58,101 bases of DNA, filler included, from Sphacelaria rigidula (GCA_964200075.2; 9 parts of 9 records of this genome joined end to end with filler, not necessarily neighbours in it); one strand, 5' to 3'; counted from the first letter of the whole stretch, positions 46,413-58,101 are shown. Notes: a model not told the origin generated them from the sequence alone. Translations and numbers: made by a program.

Positions 46413-48164
46413 CTGGACGTGAAAAACAAAAAAAGGCATGACATGACATGACAAAAGCAGACCGAGCGTAACATGGACAGTCAAAACAAAACCAACGATG
46501 GCAACAGCGGTTATAAACAAATCAGTGGTTCATGACGACCGACAAATCAAATTGCAATAAATGGTCAGTGGTAGCAACGGTAAAAACGAGGTGGATCAAA
46601 TCATAATACAACGGTAGTTGGCGCCTGAACTATTCATTTCGTAGTTCCTTCGTAATAGGCGATTTTTTTAGGCTCTTTCGCTTGCCGTCACTCATCAAAT
46701 TGGGGATTTGAAGATACTTGTATCCGCTCCACAGTCCAAGAAAAAAAAACATAGATGTACTCAATATTGTGTGACTTAAGGCTGACCGGTCATCGGGGGT
46801 CCCACCACGTTTCAATCCAGATTCAGACTCTGCGGTATTTCGGTCGATCGACCCTGTCCCGACCGTATTTGTGAAGAAATGTACAGTATTTTTTTATTTG
46901 AACATACTCATTGCACTACAGCCGAAAAAGTATGGTTTACGGTTGATAACACCCTCCTGATAAACGGGGTATCTACCGTATCGCCCGATCAAACCAACGA
47001 GCACTTACTTGGGTAGTGAGGGGGGGAGCCGGTCTGCTCATTTCATCAAAATCTACCGACGCTAGCACTTTCGAGTTGTATCGAAAAGCGATCGCGAGAA
47101 AAAAAAAAATTGAGCAAAAAATAGTCCAAGCGTCCAGTACGACAGCCAAATCATGACTCAAAAATCAACGTCAGTACAAACTTGGGTAGCAGTAGAATAT
47201 GGCGACAGCGGCTCGAAACACGAGTGAATCATGGCTCAACAATAGAGACGATACTACTACCACCGCAACAATGGAGTCAACGAATACACCGAATATAATA
47301 CGCCTAGTTATCGTACGTACTCCGTTTCGTTGCCGTCAAGTGCCAGTCACTACCTGCGATAGGTTATCACTCCTCCAAAGAAAAAAGAAGGATCTGGGAA
47401 AGGATTGAACAAAACGCCGTCACATGGACGCCATAGCATCGTCACAACGGGTGAGAACGCCTGCTCCATCTCTTTACACCATTCGGTATAAAAACACATA
47501 CCGCGACTTCTTCCCCCCCCCCCCGTGCGCGCGCAATTGATTTGGATCATGACCCTGGTACTCATTACTACTTTCGTAGCTACCCTTTATCCAGTGTGCA
47601 TGCACCCTGAACAACAGATCACATTGCTAAAAAGTGTACTGCTTCCAGTGTGGAATCTGTTGTCGGTAAAACGTTAATCTGTATTCAGAATAATTTTTTA
47701 CTATATACTATATTGTCATTATCCAGGATGCGATCCAGTGAGGGGGGCAAGGGGGCAGGGGAGGGTCACAGCAGGTCAATAAATGCAGCTGCTACAAATC
47801 ATGCAAACGCAAAAAAAAAAGAGTGGGATCAAGTGCCGTGGGTTGCAACCTTCGCATTACCGCGCAACTGTGGGACCCCATGTTGGGCTGGCATACAATG
47901 ATCACTTGATAACAGAAGAACGACTCGGACCTACGGAATTACAAGCGATTTTGACCACACTTCATCGGGACCCCACCTTCCTCCCTTATGAAGTACTTAC
48001 GCGTACACGAACAAAAACACGAAGATCGTGGGCACTCCGAATAACGTGAATCATAGACCCAAACTTCGCCGGGGCGTGAGCAAACAGCTGAAACATCTTC
48101 TGTCGTTGTTGTTGTTGTTGTCTGCGAGCTTGAGAAGTGGACCAATTATGAAGTCATCATTTTA

Positions 48165-48318
48165 TTTCATGTGTCACACTTTGAACCCCTGCTCTTACTC
48201 GGGGCGAGTCCGTGGTCTCAAGGGATTATCACATCTCTCCCCGGTACACGCCTTGCATTTTGGTCTCGCGAATTAGGTCAGCACTCCCGCACCACGTCAG
48301 CTCACGTCAAACAAACTC
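48165..48318. mobile_element. SINE-like interspersed repeat fragment (second copy inverted at 56350-56510)
   Basis: CACTTTGAACCCCT..CGAGTCCGTGGTCTC.AGGGAT..CTCTCCCCGGTACACGCCTT..ACGTCAAACAAACT in both places. Confidence 0.75.
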
Positions 48319-49019
48319 AGACAACTACAATACTCCACCTACACAACTCGTAGAAACCCCATGCGCGCCCTCACATCCCGCGTGACGAGAATCGAGCCCT
48401 CTCAGACTAACCATGCCATCAGTATTTTTTCCTTCTGTTTTTTTTGTAGCACTCTCACCGAGTCCTTTCTCCTTTCTCTGGGACTAATCCCCAGTGTGAA
48501 AAAGGGATTGACCCCCATCTCTTCCCCACCAACAACTGTTTTGCCTTCCTCTGGGACTAGTCCATACCCTTAGAAAAGGATCAACCCAGTCCCTCCACCG
48601 GTACGTCATCTTTCGCTCGTCACTTTTGAGCATCTGAATAACGACCACCAGCATTCTCCGCAGCCCATCGACTCCCATCGAGGCACTCCAACAACATTGC
48701 CATTACCAATCCCAATCATCACCTCAAAATCTTGAATTTCTACCGAATTGCACCGTTAGTTAGCTATCACGCCCCCTTCATTGATAGATTCATCTATTTC
48801 TTCTTGTGTTGTAGGCCCCCCCACCCCCCACCCCCCCCCACACACACATCTTCAAATTAGCAAGGGCACAATATCCCATAGGGTTGCACACTGACACTGA
48901 AAACAACGTACACCGCGCTTAACACCTGAAAAAACGAACACATGCGCAGTCGGTCAGGAAATATCGCCGCACCGACGAACCAACACGTTTTTCACCGAAA
49001 AACGAAATTCTTGAATCAC

Positions 49020-49277
49020 CTGGTCGATGGCTTCGAGCCAAGCGGTTGCCACCCTCTCCATGCGTTGTCCGAGAACTTGCTCAGCCTTGGCCAAGCCAGC
49101 CCCTCCCCTCAAGCCGTTACTAATCCCACCAACGCCAACACCAGATCCTGCGGTGATGTCCCCGTTGCCCCTGAGCCTCCTTCCCCCGCCCGTCGCCGCT
49201 GCGGTTGTTTCTGTTCCGAATTTGCCCATGGCGACGCCTACGGGTGATCCTCCGTCGATATCTTCTAGAGAGGCCAC
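49020..49277 (-). CDS. SNX-BAR/Vps5-like, exon 3 of 5 visible
   Basis: AG..GT, 258 nt, VASLEDID-(Gly-rich)-LAKAEQVLGQRMERVATAWLEAIDQ. Confidence 0.75.
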
Positions 49278-49810
49278 CTGCATATATTTGTCATCATCAT
49301 CATCATCATCATTATCATCCTACCATTATCAATGCCATCATCGTCGTGTAACCAACGCCACCACCATCATCCTGCCATCACCATGAGCACCGAGTTATCT
49401 ATCGCCTACAACCACACTAGAGCGATCCGATCCCGCCGTCTATTACTTCTTCGGGTGCAAGAGGCCACCCACTGGCTCTAGGTGGATCATGATGAACCTA
49501 TACAAAACAACTGTATCGCAGGTGAAAAAACAATAAAACATCAGCGAGTCAGGGATTGGGGGGCACATAAAACATGGAGTATGTATCGTCATCGGACATG
49601 GTGCTCGCAAGCAGAGACGAGGTGTTCAGCGATAGCAACTGGGGTACCGGCACTCAAGGTCACCCGACTATGGTAAACCGAAAGGAGGTTCGGTGCGCCA
49701 ACCAGAAAGAGGTGTTCTCACAAACGCAACAATATGACGACGTATATGCCTATTCACATCTCCTACACCTACACGCAAAGGATTTACTCTACTGTTGTGC
49801 AGTACTTCAC

Positions 49811-49895
49811 CTGTGTCAGATAGTGGCCCAGCCTCGACATCTCGTAACCGACCCCCCGCTTGAGCACAGCCGCCGCTTCCATCGTCTTCACAGAC
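49811..49895 (-). CDS. SNX-BAR/Vps5-like, exon 2 of 5 visible
   Basis: AG..GT, 85 nt, completes a phase-2 codon, SVKTMEAAAVLKRGVGYEMSRLGHYLTQ. Confidence 0.75.
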
Positions 49896-50376
49896 CTGCA
49901 CATTGCCGACCGCAGACTTTGCCGGTGAAGTTGCGAGCTATTTCCGAGATTCAACGGACCTTTTTCATTCCCCAAACATTCATGTCACTGCAACCATGAT
50001 GAAAACATGATACTCCCATGAAATACTGACTACCGCGGGGGCTGTGCAGGAGCTCCACTTGTAGTTTAGGTTCGTGCATGTAACGCGGAGCACACGCAGA
50101 TTGCAAGCCCTCGATAGAGTCTGCATCTCAATCGATGCACAGCATCCGCCCGTCAAATTACCCGGCCGCGCGAACAAGACACGTACAGAACGTGCTCTTC
50201 CTAGGGCACCAAACAGCTACAGTGACAAGTCGCTTCACCGTGGAGAATGACCCCTTGTGGATGTTGTCTAGGGGACAGCAGCAAGAAAAGTTGAACCAAC
50301 GATCGTCTGCGTACAAGAAAACAACAAAAAAACATGAACGTCCTACAGTGCAACCAGTAACCATTAACTTGCTCAC

Positions 50377-50565
50377 CCCGAAACGGGACCGACGAGCTCC
50401 TCCACGTGCGCCACCTCGGCGTCATAGACCGGGTCCGGCTCCACGGCGATCGGGGCAGGACCCGCCACGAGACCCACGACGGACCTCGCCTTGGTTTTCA
50501 CCGCCCCAAAAACACCCTTGATGGAGGTCAGCGAGGTGGCCACGTAGTTGCCGTAAGCCTCGTAC
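50377..50565 (-). CDS. Sorting nexin SNX-BAR/Vps5-like protein, exon 1 of 5 visible
   Basis: AG..GT, 189 nt, YEAYGNYVATSLTSIKGVFGAVK...EPDPVYDAEVAHVEELVGPVS; phase joins the next exon. Confidence 0.75.
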
Positions 50566-51635
50566 CTGCGGATTGTCGAGGATCGATGTAGTGGAGGGAG
50601 GATAGCGTGCCTGCTCATTGGTGCTTCTGTTGTTTACTTGGGTTTATTGTTTTTTCGCTGCTCGTTATTGAAGCGAGACAAACCTTCTTATACGCAAAGC
50701 AGTCCATGTTGAGTCTACATATTCATGTCAACGCACCACCCATGTATTCCGAGGTTTTGTCATGACGACTTCTCCTGTGCTCAAGATTTAAAACCAGCTG
50801 CCCGTGGTGGTTTCTCGAAGGGTTAGCCCTTTGGCCGCGAGGGCAGTCGATCAAGATTATGCATACGTTCTTCGAGCGAAATTGAAGCCGATTCAACAGA
50901 TGACTCATGCTCGCCGCCGAAGGGCTCGCCGCGGAAGGGTTGAGCAATAACGTGTGCTTACCGCTTGGGCGAACCAGATCCCAGAAGGTCGCAAGAATTT
51001 GACAAACCCCGGGACACACCAATAAAAGTCATATTTTGTCACGTTACGTTTCATGGGAATGGTTTGTTCTTTCGCATTTTTCCTTTCGCAATAAAACAAC
51101 GACAAAAAAACGGCGGACAAATAGAGTACAGTAGTATGTATCCCCGTCATACGGCGGTTCCTTTTAACCCTTTGACCGCTAGGGTGAGCGATCGGTTGAA
51201 TCGTCATAATGTACGCTTGAAAAATAAGGTCGTCAAGCACGGCGATTCAACACATCACCGACCCTGGCAGTCGAGAGGATGAGACAGCGCCCCAATCTGC
51301 GGTGGTGCAATACGGCTTACACCATCACTCCTCAAGTGACTAATACCTGATCCACCTCCGGGCGATGGAAATTTGTTGCATTCTTCACTGAAATCATGTG
51401 GAACTTCTTCACTGTATACATACACCAATAGAAGAGCGCACATCCATCATCAGGGAGTATGTTTGATAGGGAGGGGGGGGGGGGGGGAGTAGGACAAAGG
51501 GGTATACTTTTGTATACTTCATTCGAAGCACAGCCTTCGCATACTACGTTGGCGTTTGGTTCGGGAAGAGCAATTACATAGCAAACAGCCAATCATCTAT
51601 GTTGAGGATGGTGCTATTGATTGAGGATGAGAACC

Positions 51636-51735
51636 NNNNNNNNNNNNNNNNNNNNNNNNNNNNNNNNNNNNNNNNNNNNTTAATTAATTAANNNNNNNNN
51701 NNNNNNNNNNNNNNNNNNNNNNNNNNNNNNNNNNN
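51636..51735. other. Artificial contig linker
   Basis: Same 100-bp linker. Confidence 0.99.
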
Positions 51736-51760
51736 ACAAAAGCACGCAAAAAATGAGCAG

Positions 51761-52305
51761 CCCCCCCCCCCCCCCTCCCTCCCCCTTCCCCTCTTCCCTT
51801 CTGAGGTTTGGCGTTGGTCGGCAATGACGCTGTAAAACACGCCACTCTCTGCGTAAGCTAGGCAACAATTTTACTTTTTCTTTCTCGCTTGCCTTTTTTT
51901 TCGGTAACCATGATGGCGGTCGAGCTGCTGTAGATCATTTTGTGCGGAATGGAGAACCTCCACTCCGCAAAAAGAGGATGATCATACTACGTAGTGTTCA
52001 AATGGTGAGACACCCACAAGGCAGTGCGCAAGCTGTGGCTGTTTCTGGAAGTAGCGATACCAGAAAATAGAAACAACTCATCGAGGCTGCCATCCATGTG
52101 CCAAATAATCAGTACGCTTTGGGCCAAACAATCGTAGCAGGATCCAGCTCACCCTTCATGCGACTCGCCGGAAGAAATCCGGCGCTTCGCGCTTGGTGAT
52201 TGATTGTGAGCCTGGCCCGGCGGAAACCCGACGTGTGCTCCGTCTCAGCTTTGCAGGGATGCCAGGTCAATGGTCATATGACTACGGCAGCAGTATACCC
52301 CCCCC
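51761..52305 (-). mobile_element. Poly-G-bounded repeat (copy of the 38877-39243 family)
   Basis: Reverse complement colinear with 38877-39243, with a longer interior. Confidence 0.75.
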
Positions 52306-52375
52306 CACCCCTCCGTACTACAGTGGAATATGGCTCGTACACAAATAACCCCTTCATCAACGTGTGCGTGCACAC

Positions 52376-52456
52376 CTCGAGCACGTCGAGCATGGCGGTA
52401 CTCCAGCTGAACACGAGGACCTTGGCGCGAGCGCTGTAAAAGTTCTCCAGAAGGGC
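52376..52456 (-). CDS. ERCC6L2: SNF2-family helicase, ERCC6L2/SWITCH2-like, exon 3 of 3 visible (motif IV)
   Basis: AG..GT, 81 nt, ALLENFYSARAKVLVFSWSTAMLDVLE; FSxS (not FSQ) form of motif IV as recalled for ERCC6L2/CHR9. Confidence 0.85.
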
Positions 52457-52792
52457 CTATTTGTGGTACAAGAATTCGACGGGGGACGGGGGGAGAGGCG
52501 ATGGTCACTCCAGAAGCTGCTATTTTTGGTACAAAATTCGACGGGGGGTTGGGGTGTACTCATTTGTTGCTTGCCTTAGTCGTTTGACCATTGACCACGC
52601 ATCCATTTCGAGACGGAGCATACTCGACGGGGGAGGGGGGAGGGGAGAGGCGGTGGTCATACTCCACAAACAAAAGTCGCGGGAGGTACGCGGTCGGAAA
52701 CATATCTCTCTATATATTTACATACATGGATAAGTATATCATGACTAAATTCATTTTTTTTTTCCAACAGTTCAACCCCTGCCTGAAACAAT

Positions 52793-54777
52793 CAGGCGTC
52801 TACATGTTACACGTCCCACAACGTTACACGTTACGTTTTGGCCAAAGTGAACGTTGATTTTTTATAGGGGCCAGACAAAACGTGAAAGTAACGTTAAAAT
52901 TTCAAATGAAACGTTGAGGTAGCGTTAAAAAAATTTAGCGTGCCAAACGAAACGTAACGTGAACGTTAAATTGTCCGAAGGTTCAAAACGTTTTACTCCC
53001 TCTCGGCGACTAGATGAGCTCACTTTCGAAAGACCACAAGATAAGCTCGCTTGGTTGTATTGCAATAACTCAGCCAAACAGATATGTTTGACCGTCCAAC
53101 CGCCAACATATGTTCCCCATATGGCTGGCATCACATGAAGAAAAAAAAAACGGGGATGACGAGCTATCCTCCCCGGCGTGAAAACAGCACGAAGTGAGCT
53201 TATCTAATGGACCTCTTCGCAGGAGGACACCGGTTTTCGCACAAATTTGCGCCAATGTGCGATACGGCGGGTGCAAAAAACCTTTATTGTCGATGTTCAG
53301 ACCCACGCAGTGTGTTTTTAAGTGATTGGGAACGTGTATGAGAAAAAAGAACCTTGGAGACCCGGGGACAACATGATATTGCCCCCCGAGATGGGTAATT
53401 ATACCCAAATTCGGAGGTGCTCAAATAAGGCTGTGGTGGTCCGATTTTCTAAAACAACGGTTTTGGTAGATTCTCCGAAACGCCTATAAAAACATTAGCA
53501 AAACCGTTTTTCCAAAAATTGATGGGAAGGCTGTCAACCGGTAGATTTTCGTTGTGCGCGGCCGACACCCTCTGGTTACCGTGAGTGTAGGTGAACATCT
53601 TCTGGGGACTCAGCAAAGACCTCGTTTTTGAGCTCTTCTACAAAACTCTACGAGTGCAGCAAAAAAAACAAACGTTTGACAAAGTCGAAGATAGGCAGGA
53701 GTTATACCGCAAAACCTGAAAGTGAGCTTATCCAATGGCTGAGAGGAAGTATTAAACATTTCACGCTACATGAAACGTTTCATATTATATTCCACGTTAA
53801 TTTAAACATCATAGAAAACACGTTGCAGGAAGCGGTGCACACTTCAAGTTTGCAATGAACTTTGAAATCCTAGACGATTGTGCTTCAATAAACCAGGGCT
53901 GTACACGTGACACGTTACGTTCACGTAACGTGAACGTATTTTTTTCAAGTGAAAAAAAACATCAGTCTGTGTACAGTAAAACAAAAGCTTGTCAAGCTCG
54001 ATAAATGCGTTGATTGCCTGGACCGCGGTCTAAATCTGTATGACAGACATATATGCATACCTTCGTACGCCTGCCATTGACGGTCGTGATGACCAATCGT
54101 ATTTGTCCATGTATACATGTATACACATGTAGAACCAAGGGTACCCGATGTAGGCTTATCTGCGAAACGCCAGGACGACTCAAGCCGGCGTTCAATGATG
54201 TTCACGATCTGTTGTCTGTAAAGAATGTGCGTATGTGCTGTCGTACGAATGACCAAGCATTTGAAAAATGAGAATTGAAAACAAAAAAATGAAAATAAAA
54301 GAGGAGATATGAATATATTACAGTCAGAAACGAATGACCGATGCGTTGTAGAGAAAGTAACGTTACACGATCAGATGATGCGCCTATGCTCCAACATACG
54401 ACGGGCCACCGTCAGCGTCACGTTCACGGTAACGTCACGCGTTACACGACACGTTACGACGCCTTCAACACTGGTAAATGAGGCGCGACATGCACAGAAT
54501 GAAACGTTACATTTGAACGTTACACGTGTCAATGAAACGTTATATTAGACGTTACACGTTCCATGAAACGTTTCATATCACGTTACATGTAACGAAACGT
54601 AACGTTGAATTTTTTCAACATACGAAACGAAACGTAACGTTGAATTTCAAACGAGACGTTAACATAACGTCAATGTTTTTGAACATGCCGAACGAAACGT
54701 AACGTGAACGTGAAATTTTACAAACGTGATGAACGTAACGTGAACGTGAACGTGAACGTGCAACGTGTAGACTCCTA
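52793..54777 (-). mobile_element. ACGT-rich non-autonomous hAT-type element, 8-bp TSD GAAACAAT, in a helicase intron
   Basis: TIR CAGGCGTCTACATGTTACACGT / ACGTGCAACGTGTAGACTCCTA. Perfect GAAACAAT at 52785-52792 and 54778-54785. Confidence 0.9.
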
Positions 54778-54998
54778 GAAACAATGGTCCTACATTTCGG
54801 AACAATTTCCACGCATTATTTTCCTGTCTCACGTCAAATAATTGACCTACAGACACATCCGTACACACAAGACACATGTAAAGTGATGAAAATAACACTT
54901 CTTGTCGTGAACCAAGTCGGTACAAACACACACACACGACAAAGACAACATACACTTCGGGCCCCCGATTCGAGAAATCAAAACGCCTCCAGACACAC

Positions 54999-55106
54999 CT
55001 CGAGGCTCTTCATCTTTCCGCACACTTCAGTCCGCGACGTCTGCAGAAATTTCTGCGATCGTACCAGGCCACCCATGGCTTCCTTCGCCTTTTCTGTAAA
55101 CGCCAC
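54999..55106 (-). CDS. ERCC6L2: SNF2-family helicase, ERCC6L2/SWITCH2-like, exon 2 of 3 visible
   Basis: AG..GT, 108 nt, VAFTEKAKEAMGGLVRSQKFLQTSRTEVCGKMKSLE; CGKM..L opens the second RecA lobe. Confidence 0.82.
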
Positions 55107-55112
55107 CTTTTG

Positions 55113-55170
55113 AAATAAAAATAAAAATAAAAATAAAAACGAAACGAAACGAAACGAAACGAAACGAAAC
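55113..55170 (+). repeat. (AAATAA)n(GAAAC)n compound microsatellite forming the pyrimidine tract of the 55106 acceptor
   Basis: Direct reading. Confidence 0.9.
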
Positions 55171-55570
55171 AAAAAACAGACTGGTTGGGGTCAGTCTTCT
55201 CACGTGACGGGAGTACCGCCACACACTCTAGCTCTACCCAGCATGGGGTGTTCCATGGCCATCATGCTGCCAGTCATATTTTAGTAGAGGCCTGATGACA
55301 GGTGTCAACATTCACAAAAATCGACAAAAATGAATATTTCACCCACAGTGAAATATCACGCGCAAGATTTGAGAGAAGGCTACTCTCCCACGGAAAAACC
55401 ACTGGTCATACCGCGCATGCTGTGTCATTCTCTAGTTGTAGAGTCTGGGTTTCTCGTGGATTGCAGTGCGGAGCATACGATAGTTGATTGTCCTTGCAGA
55501 GAGAGAGAGAGAGAGAGTGTGTGTGTGTGTACTGTTCTTCGCACTGTCTACGGTATTACACCATCCTGAC

Positions 55571-55881
55571 TGTGCGTGTGTGTGTGTTGTCACCCCTTCT
55601 ATTCTGGACGCCGGTCTACACCTTTCGGTATATGTGGCCGCACCAGCCGGGGTCACACAGGAGTAAGGCCAACACAGGATGTTTCTCCCTTTGTTATTTA
55701 TTGACGCGAGAAGGGTTCAGCAATTCCTTCCCCTCATTATTTCCCAGTACCCACGACATAGTCGGCCTCCACTGTTGGGCAATGTGTGAGAAAAAAATCC
55801 CAGATCGCTCCGACATTCGAATCCACGACCCAACCGTCAGAGGGTTTTGGGGTTACCAACTCAGCCACCGGGGTGACCAGC
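55571..55881 (-). mobile_element. tRNA-derived SINE
   Basis: Minus strand begins GCTGGTCACCCCGGTGGCTGAGTTGG (A box) ... GGATTCGAATGTC (B-box-like) and ends in a (CA)n tail. A fragment of the 3' part is also at 44090-44139. Confidence 0.75.
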
Positions 55882-56084
55882 ATTGCTGTCGAGGATTTAG
55901 ACATTTTGTACATGGTAGATGCAGATGCTGAATAGGATATCACACGGATACCGAAGGAAGAAGGCCAGAGGTCTCTCTCGTGCGAAACCAGCCACCCAGC
56001 GAAAGCCGTTGGAAGTGGGAAATAATCCTTGTTGGTGTTTCCTAGGGGACCAGAAATACGGAAACTTTGGAACCTCGAGCACGT

Positions 56085-56088
<4 letters not shown>

Positions 56089-56122
<34 letters not shown>
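56089..56122 (+). repeat. (CA)n microsatellite
   Basis: ~17 CA units. Confidence 0.95.
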
Positions 56123-56125
<3 letters not shown>

Positions 56126-56138
56126 ATTATCATTTTAC

Positions 56139-56192
56139 CTCAGCAAAGCGAAGTTGGTCTAGACGTTTTTCCTCCGAATCCATGAGGTTCAC
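56139..56192 (-). CDS. ERCC6L2: SNF2-family helicase, ERCC6L2/SWITCH2-like, exon 1 of 3 visible
   Basis: AG..GT, 54 nt, VNLMDSEEKRLDQLRFAE; phase 0 into the next exon. Confidence 0.65.
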
Positions 56193-56349
56193 CTGTTTCG
56201 CAGCAAACCCAAGGAGCAACAGTAACGACGACGACGGCCACAACAACAACAAAAGCAACGACAGGAGCAAAAGCAAAAGCAAACGCGAATGAAACACAAG
56301 AAACGAGAAATGTTGGAAGGAGTGAGTAGGAAAAAAAAACTTCATATAT

Positions 56350-56510
56350 AGTTTGTTTGACGTAAGGTGACGCGGTGCGGGAATGCTGATAGTCATGACC
56401 CACTCCGCAAGGCTAAAATGTAAGGCGTGTACCGGGGAGAGGAGGGTTGATCCCTCGAGACCACGGACTCGTTCCGAGGAAGGGGAGGGGTTCAAAGTGC
56501 CACAAATAAA
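56350..56510. mobile_element. SINE-like repeat fragment (inverse of 48165-48318)
   Basis: Reverse-complement similarity to 48165-48318. Confidence 0.75.
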
Positions 56511-57867
56511 AATAAAAATATATACAAGGTTCTCCTTCGGACGGTTTGTGCGGGCCTCCCGGGGGTGACGCAAGTCGAGAATATATGGTTAAGAGAGGCT
56601 GTTGCATCTCAATGTGCAGTAGTGAGCGTGGCTGTACAAAATATCGCATGTGTTATCGGATGTCGTCCGGAAATATGGGGCTTCGGACGGAGGCCGACTG
56701 CGGAACCGCCGGCGTAGGACATGTGTGGTATTCCCGAAGTGCCAGGGCGCGAAGTAGTTCTAGTGCCACAAAGACATGACAGCGGGAGGCACTTGCCAAA
56801 AAATCGGAATGCGTGAACATTCTTGGCATGGTCCTTGTACATTACTGTGGCTTCCATATCACCGGGCCTTTTTTTTAAGCAGGGTGATTGTTTTTTGCGG
56901 CCAAACATTCTTGTGCTGCCGTGCTGCTGTGCCTTGTTCAACTCGCCAACGGCCCATCGCACGGTGTTGTGTTTGCTGGTGACTAAGGCCAAGGCAATGT
57001 TCAATTGTTTTCAACTGCTTTGCTCTCGCGTTCTCGTGACATTGGCGGCATAACCGGTGTGTTCGTGCTCCCAAATGAACGAGGACGCGACAAAGAGAAA
57101 CACGGGGAAAAAATACCCCGCCAAAAGTAATCCTGCTTCAAGTTTTCCATAATCTTGAAAAGGCTTTTATGGTTCGGGATCGACACCCCGCGAAAAAAAG
57201 CCAGTTTGAGCAACTTTCGGTGGCCAGAACACGCGCCACAGTATCAGATGACACCCAAACCTGAACGGTAATGCACCGCTGAGGCTTCTTCGTGCGCTGC
57301 AAAAGAAAGCGCGGGAACAAATGCCTTGCCGCCAGAGAAAACTCGGCAAAAGTGGGGGAAAATGTTAAATGATACATGTACATATATATATATACAAATG
57401 TGTGTTTGTTAGGGCTGAAACATACACACACTGTTGGAAAAGCACAAAAAAAAGAGGGGGGGGGGAGGGGGGGGGGCAGTGTTGAAAAATATTCAAGTTG
57501 AATTGATGTCCCCTTGAAAAAACAAAAAACTGTAGTCCTTGCATTTTCATAGTAGTAGTTACGACACAACAGAAGAGAAATGCCGAACATACTGTAACCA
57601 GCCTTACTATTCTCAGTGCGCCACTCTATGATGTAGGCGCTGCTACTGTACTGTATGTTGCTTTGACTCAGCTATGAGGAAACAACCTCCTGGCTGCTAA
57701 ATTGCTTCATTGCTTCAAGTCTCCGGTTTGACTTGCCAGGAACGATGAATGTTCGTACGTGCGTGTTCCATGAGAAACTAGCAACATGTGTGAAAGCCTT
57801 AGAGTTTGATATATTCTATCCGTCTCCGCAAAATCGGAACGGTTCGGAAAAGGTGAAGGGGGGCGTC

Positions 57868-58101
57868 TTACCGGTTCCCTAGACAGGCATCCATGAACGA
57901 GGGAAGACTTTTGCAGACGGATACAATACACATGGGGGCCCGGAGAGGTTTCTTTCCATCAAAATCTGTCTTCTCCAAGCCGCAAAGTGTTCCACGAGCA
58001 TTGTTTTCTAATTCGAACGGTGACTTGTCGAATTTTGTTCCGTTGTTCAACCCCTGCTTGATGCTGATCCCGGAAAAGTTTCGTGTTGCTGTTCCATGCT
58101 T
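57868..58101 (-). repeat. Copy of the repeat segment at 11945-12168
   Basis: Ungapped reverse-complement alignment, e.g. TGATGGAAAGAAAC.TCTCCGGGCCCCCATGTGT. Confidence 0.85.

Noticed and set aside
55800..55881. tRNA gene
   Set aside because: A and B boxes are present but no complete cloverleaf/acceptor stem was evident, and it continues into a repeat body and tail, so it is called a SINE head
57261..57296. 36-nt AG..GT segment (RTKKPQRCITVQ) as an upstream ERCC6L2-like exon
   Set aside because: Splice sites are plausible, but the peptide lacks the expected L.K..NH motif before VNLMD; unsupported without RNA-seq

Overview
This window is not one locus. It is nine unrelated eukaryotic contigs of near-identical length (6368, 6368, 6367, 6367, 6367, 6366, 6366, 6366, 6366 bp), joined by artificial 100-bp linkers (N44-TTAATTAATTAA-N44), so nothing should be inferred from adjacency across linkers. 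Intron-rich genes with short GT-AG exons, tRNA-derived SINEs and a Gal-3-O-sulfotransferase-family gene suggest a brown alga or related stramenopile; this is inference. Three spliced host-gene fragments lie on the minus strand: a Gal-3-O-sulfotransferase-family gene (4 exons), a SNX-BAR/Vps5-like sorting nexin (5 exons) and an ERCC6L2/SWITCH2-like SNF2 helicase (3 exons). The rest is mostly mobile DNA. There are two copies of a chromodomain-bearing Ty3/Gypsy LTR element, one full-length with 258-bp LTRs and a GACC TSD. Both copies share the same deletions of the RT core and most of RNase H. There are also ~250-bp MITEs with GAC termini and 4-bp TSDs nested in those retroelements, a GAG-terminal element with a 4-bp TSD, ACGT-rich hAT-type elements (one with an 8-bp TSD), a piggyBac-like double-hairpin element, several foldback repeats and a miRNA-precursor-like hairpin. 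Most ORFs in the supplied track are spurious. All alignments and counts were done by eye, and no database was searched.
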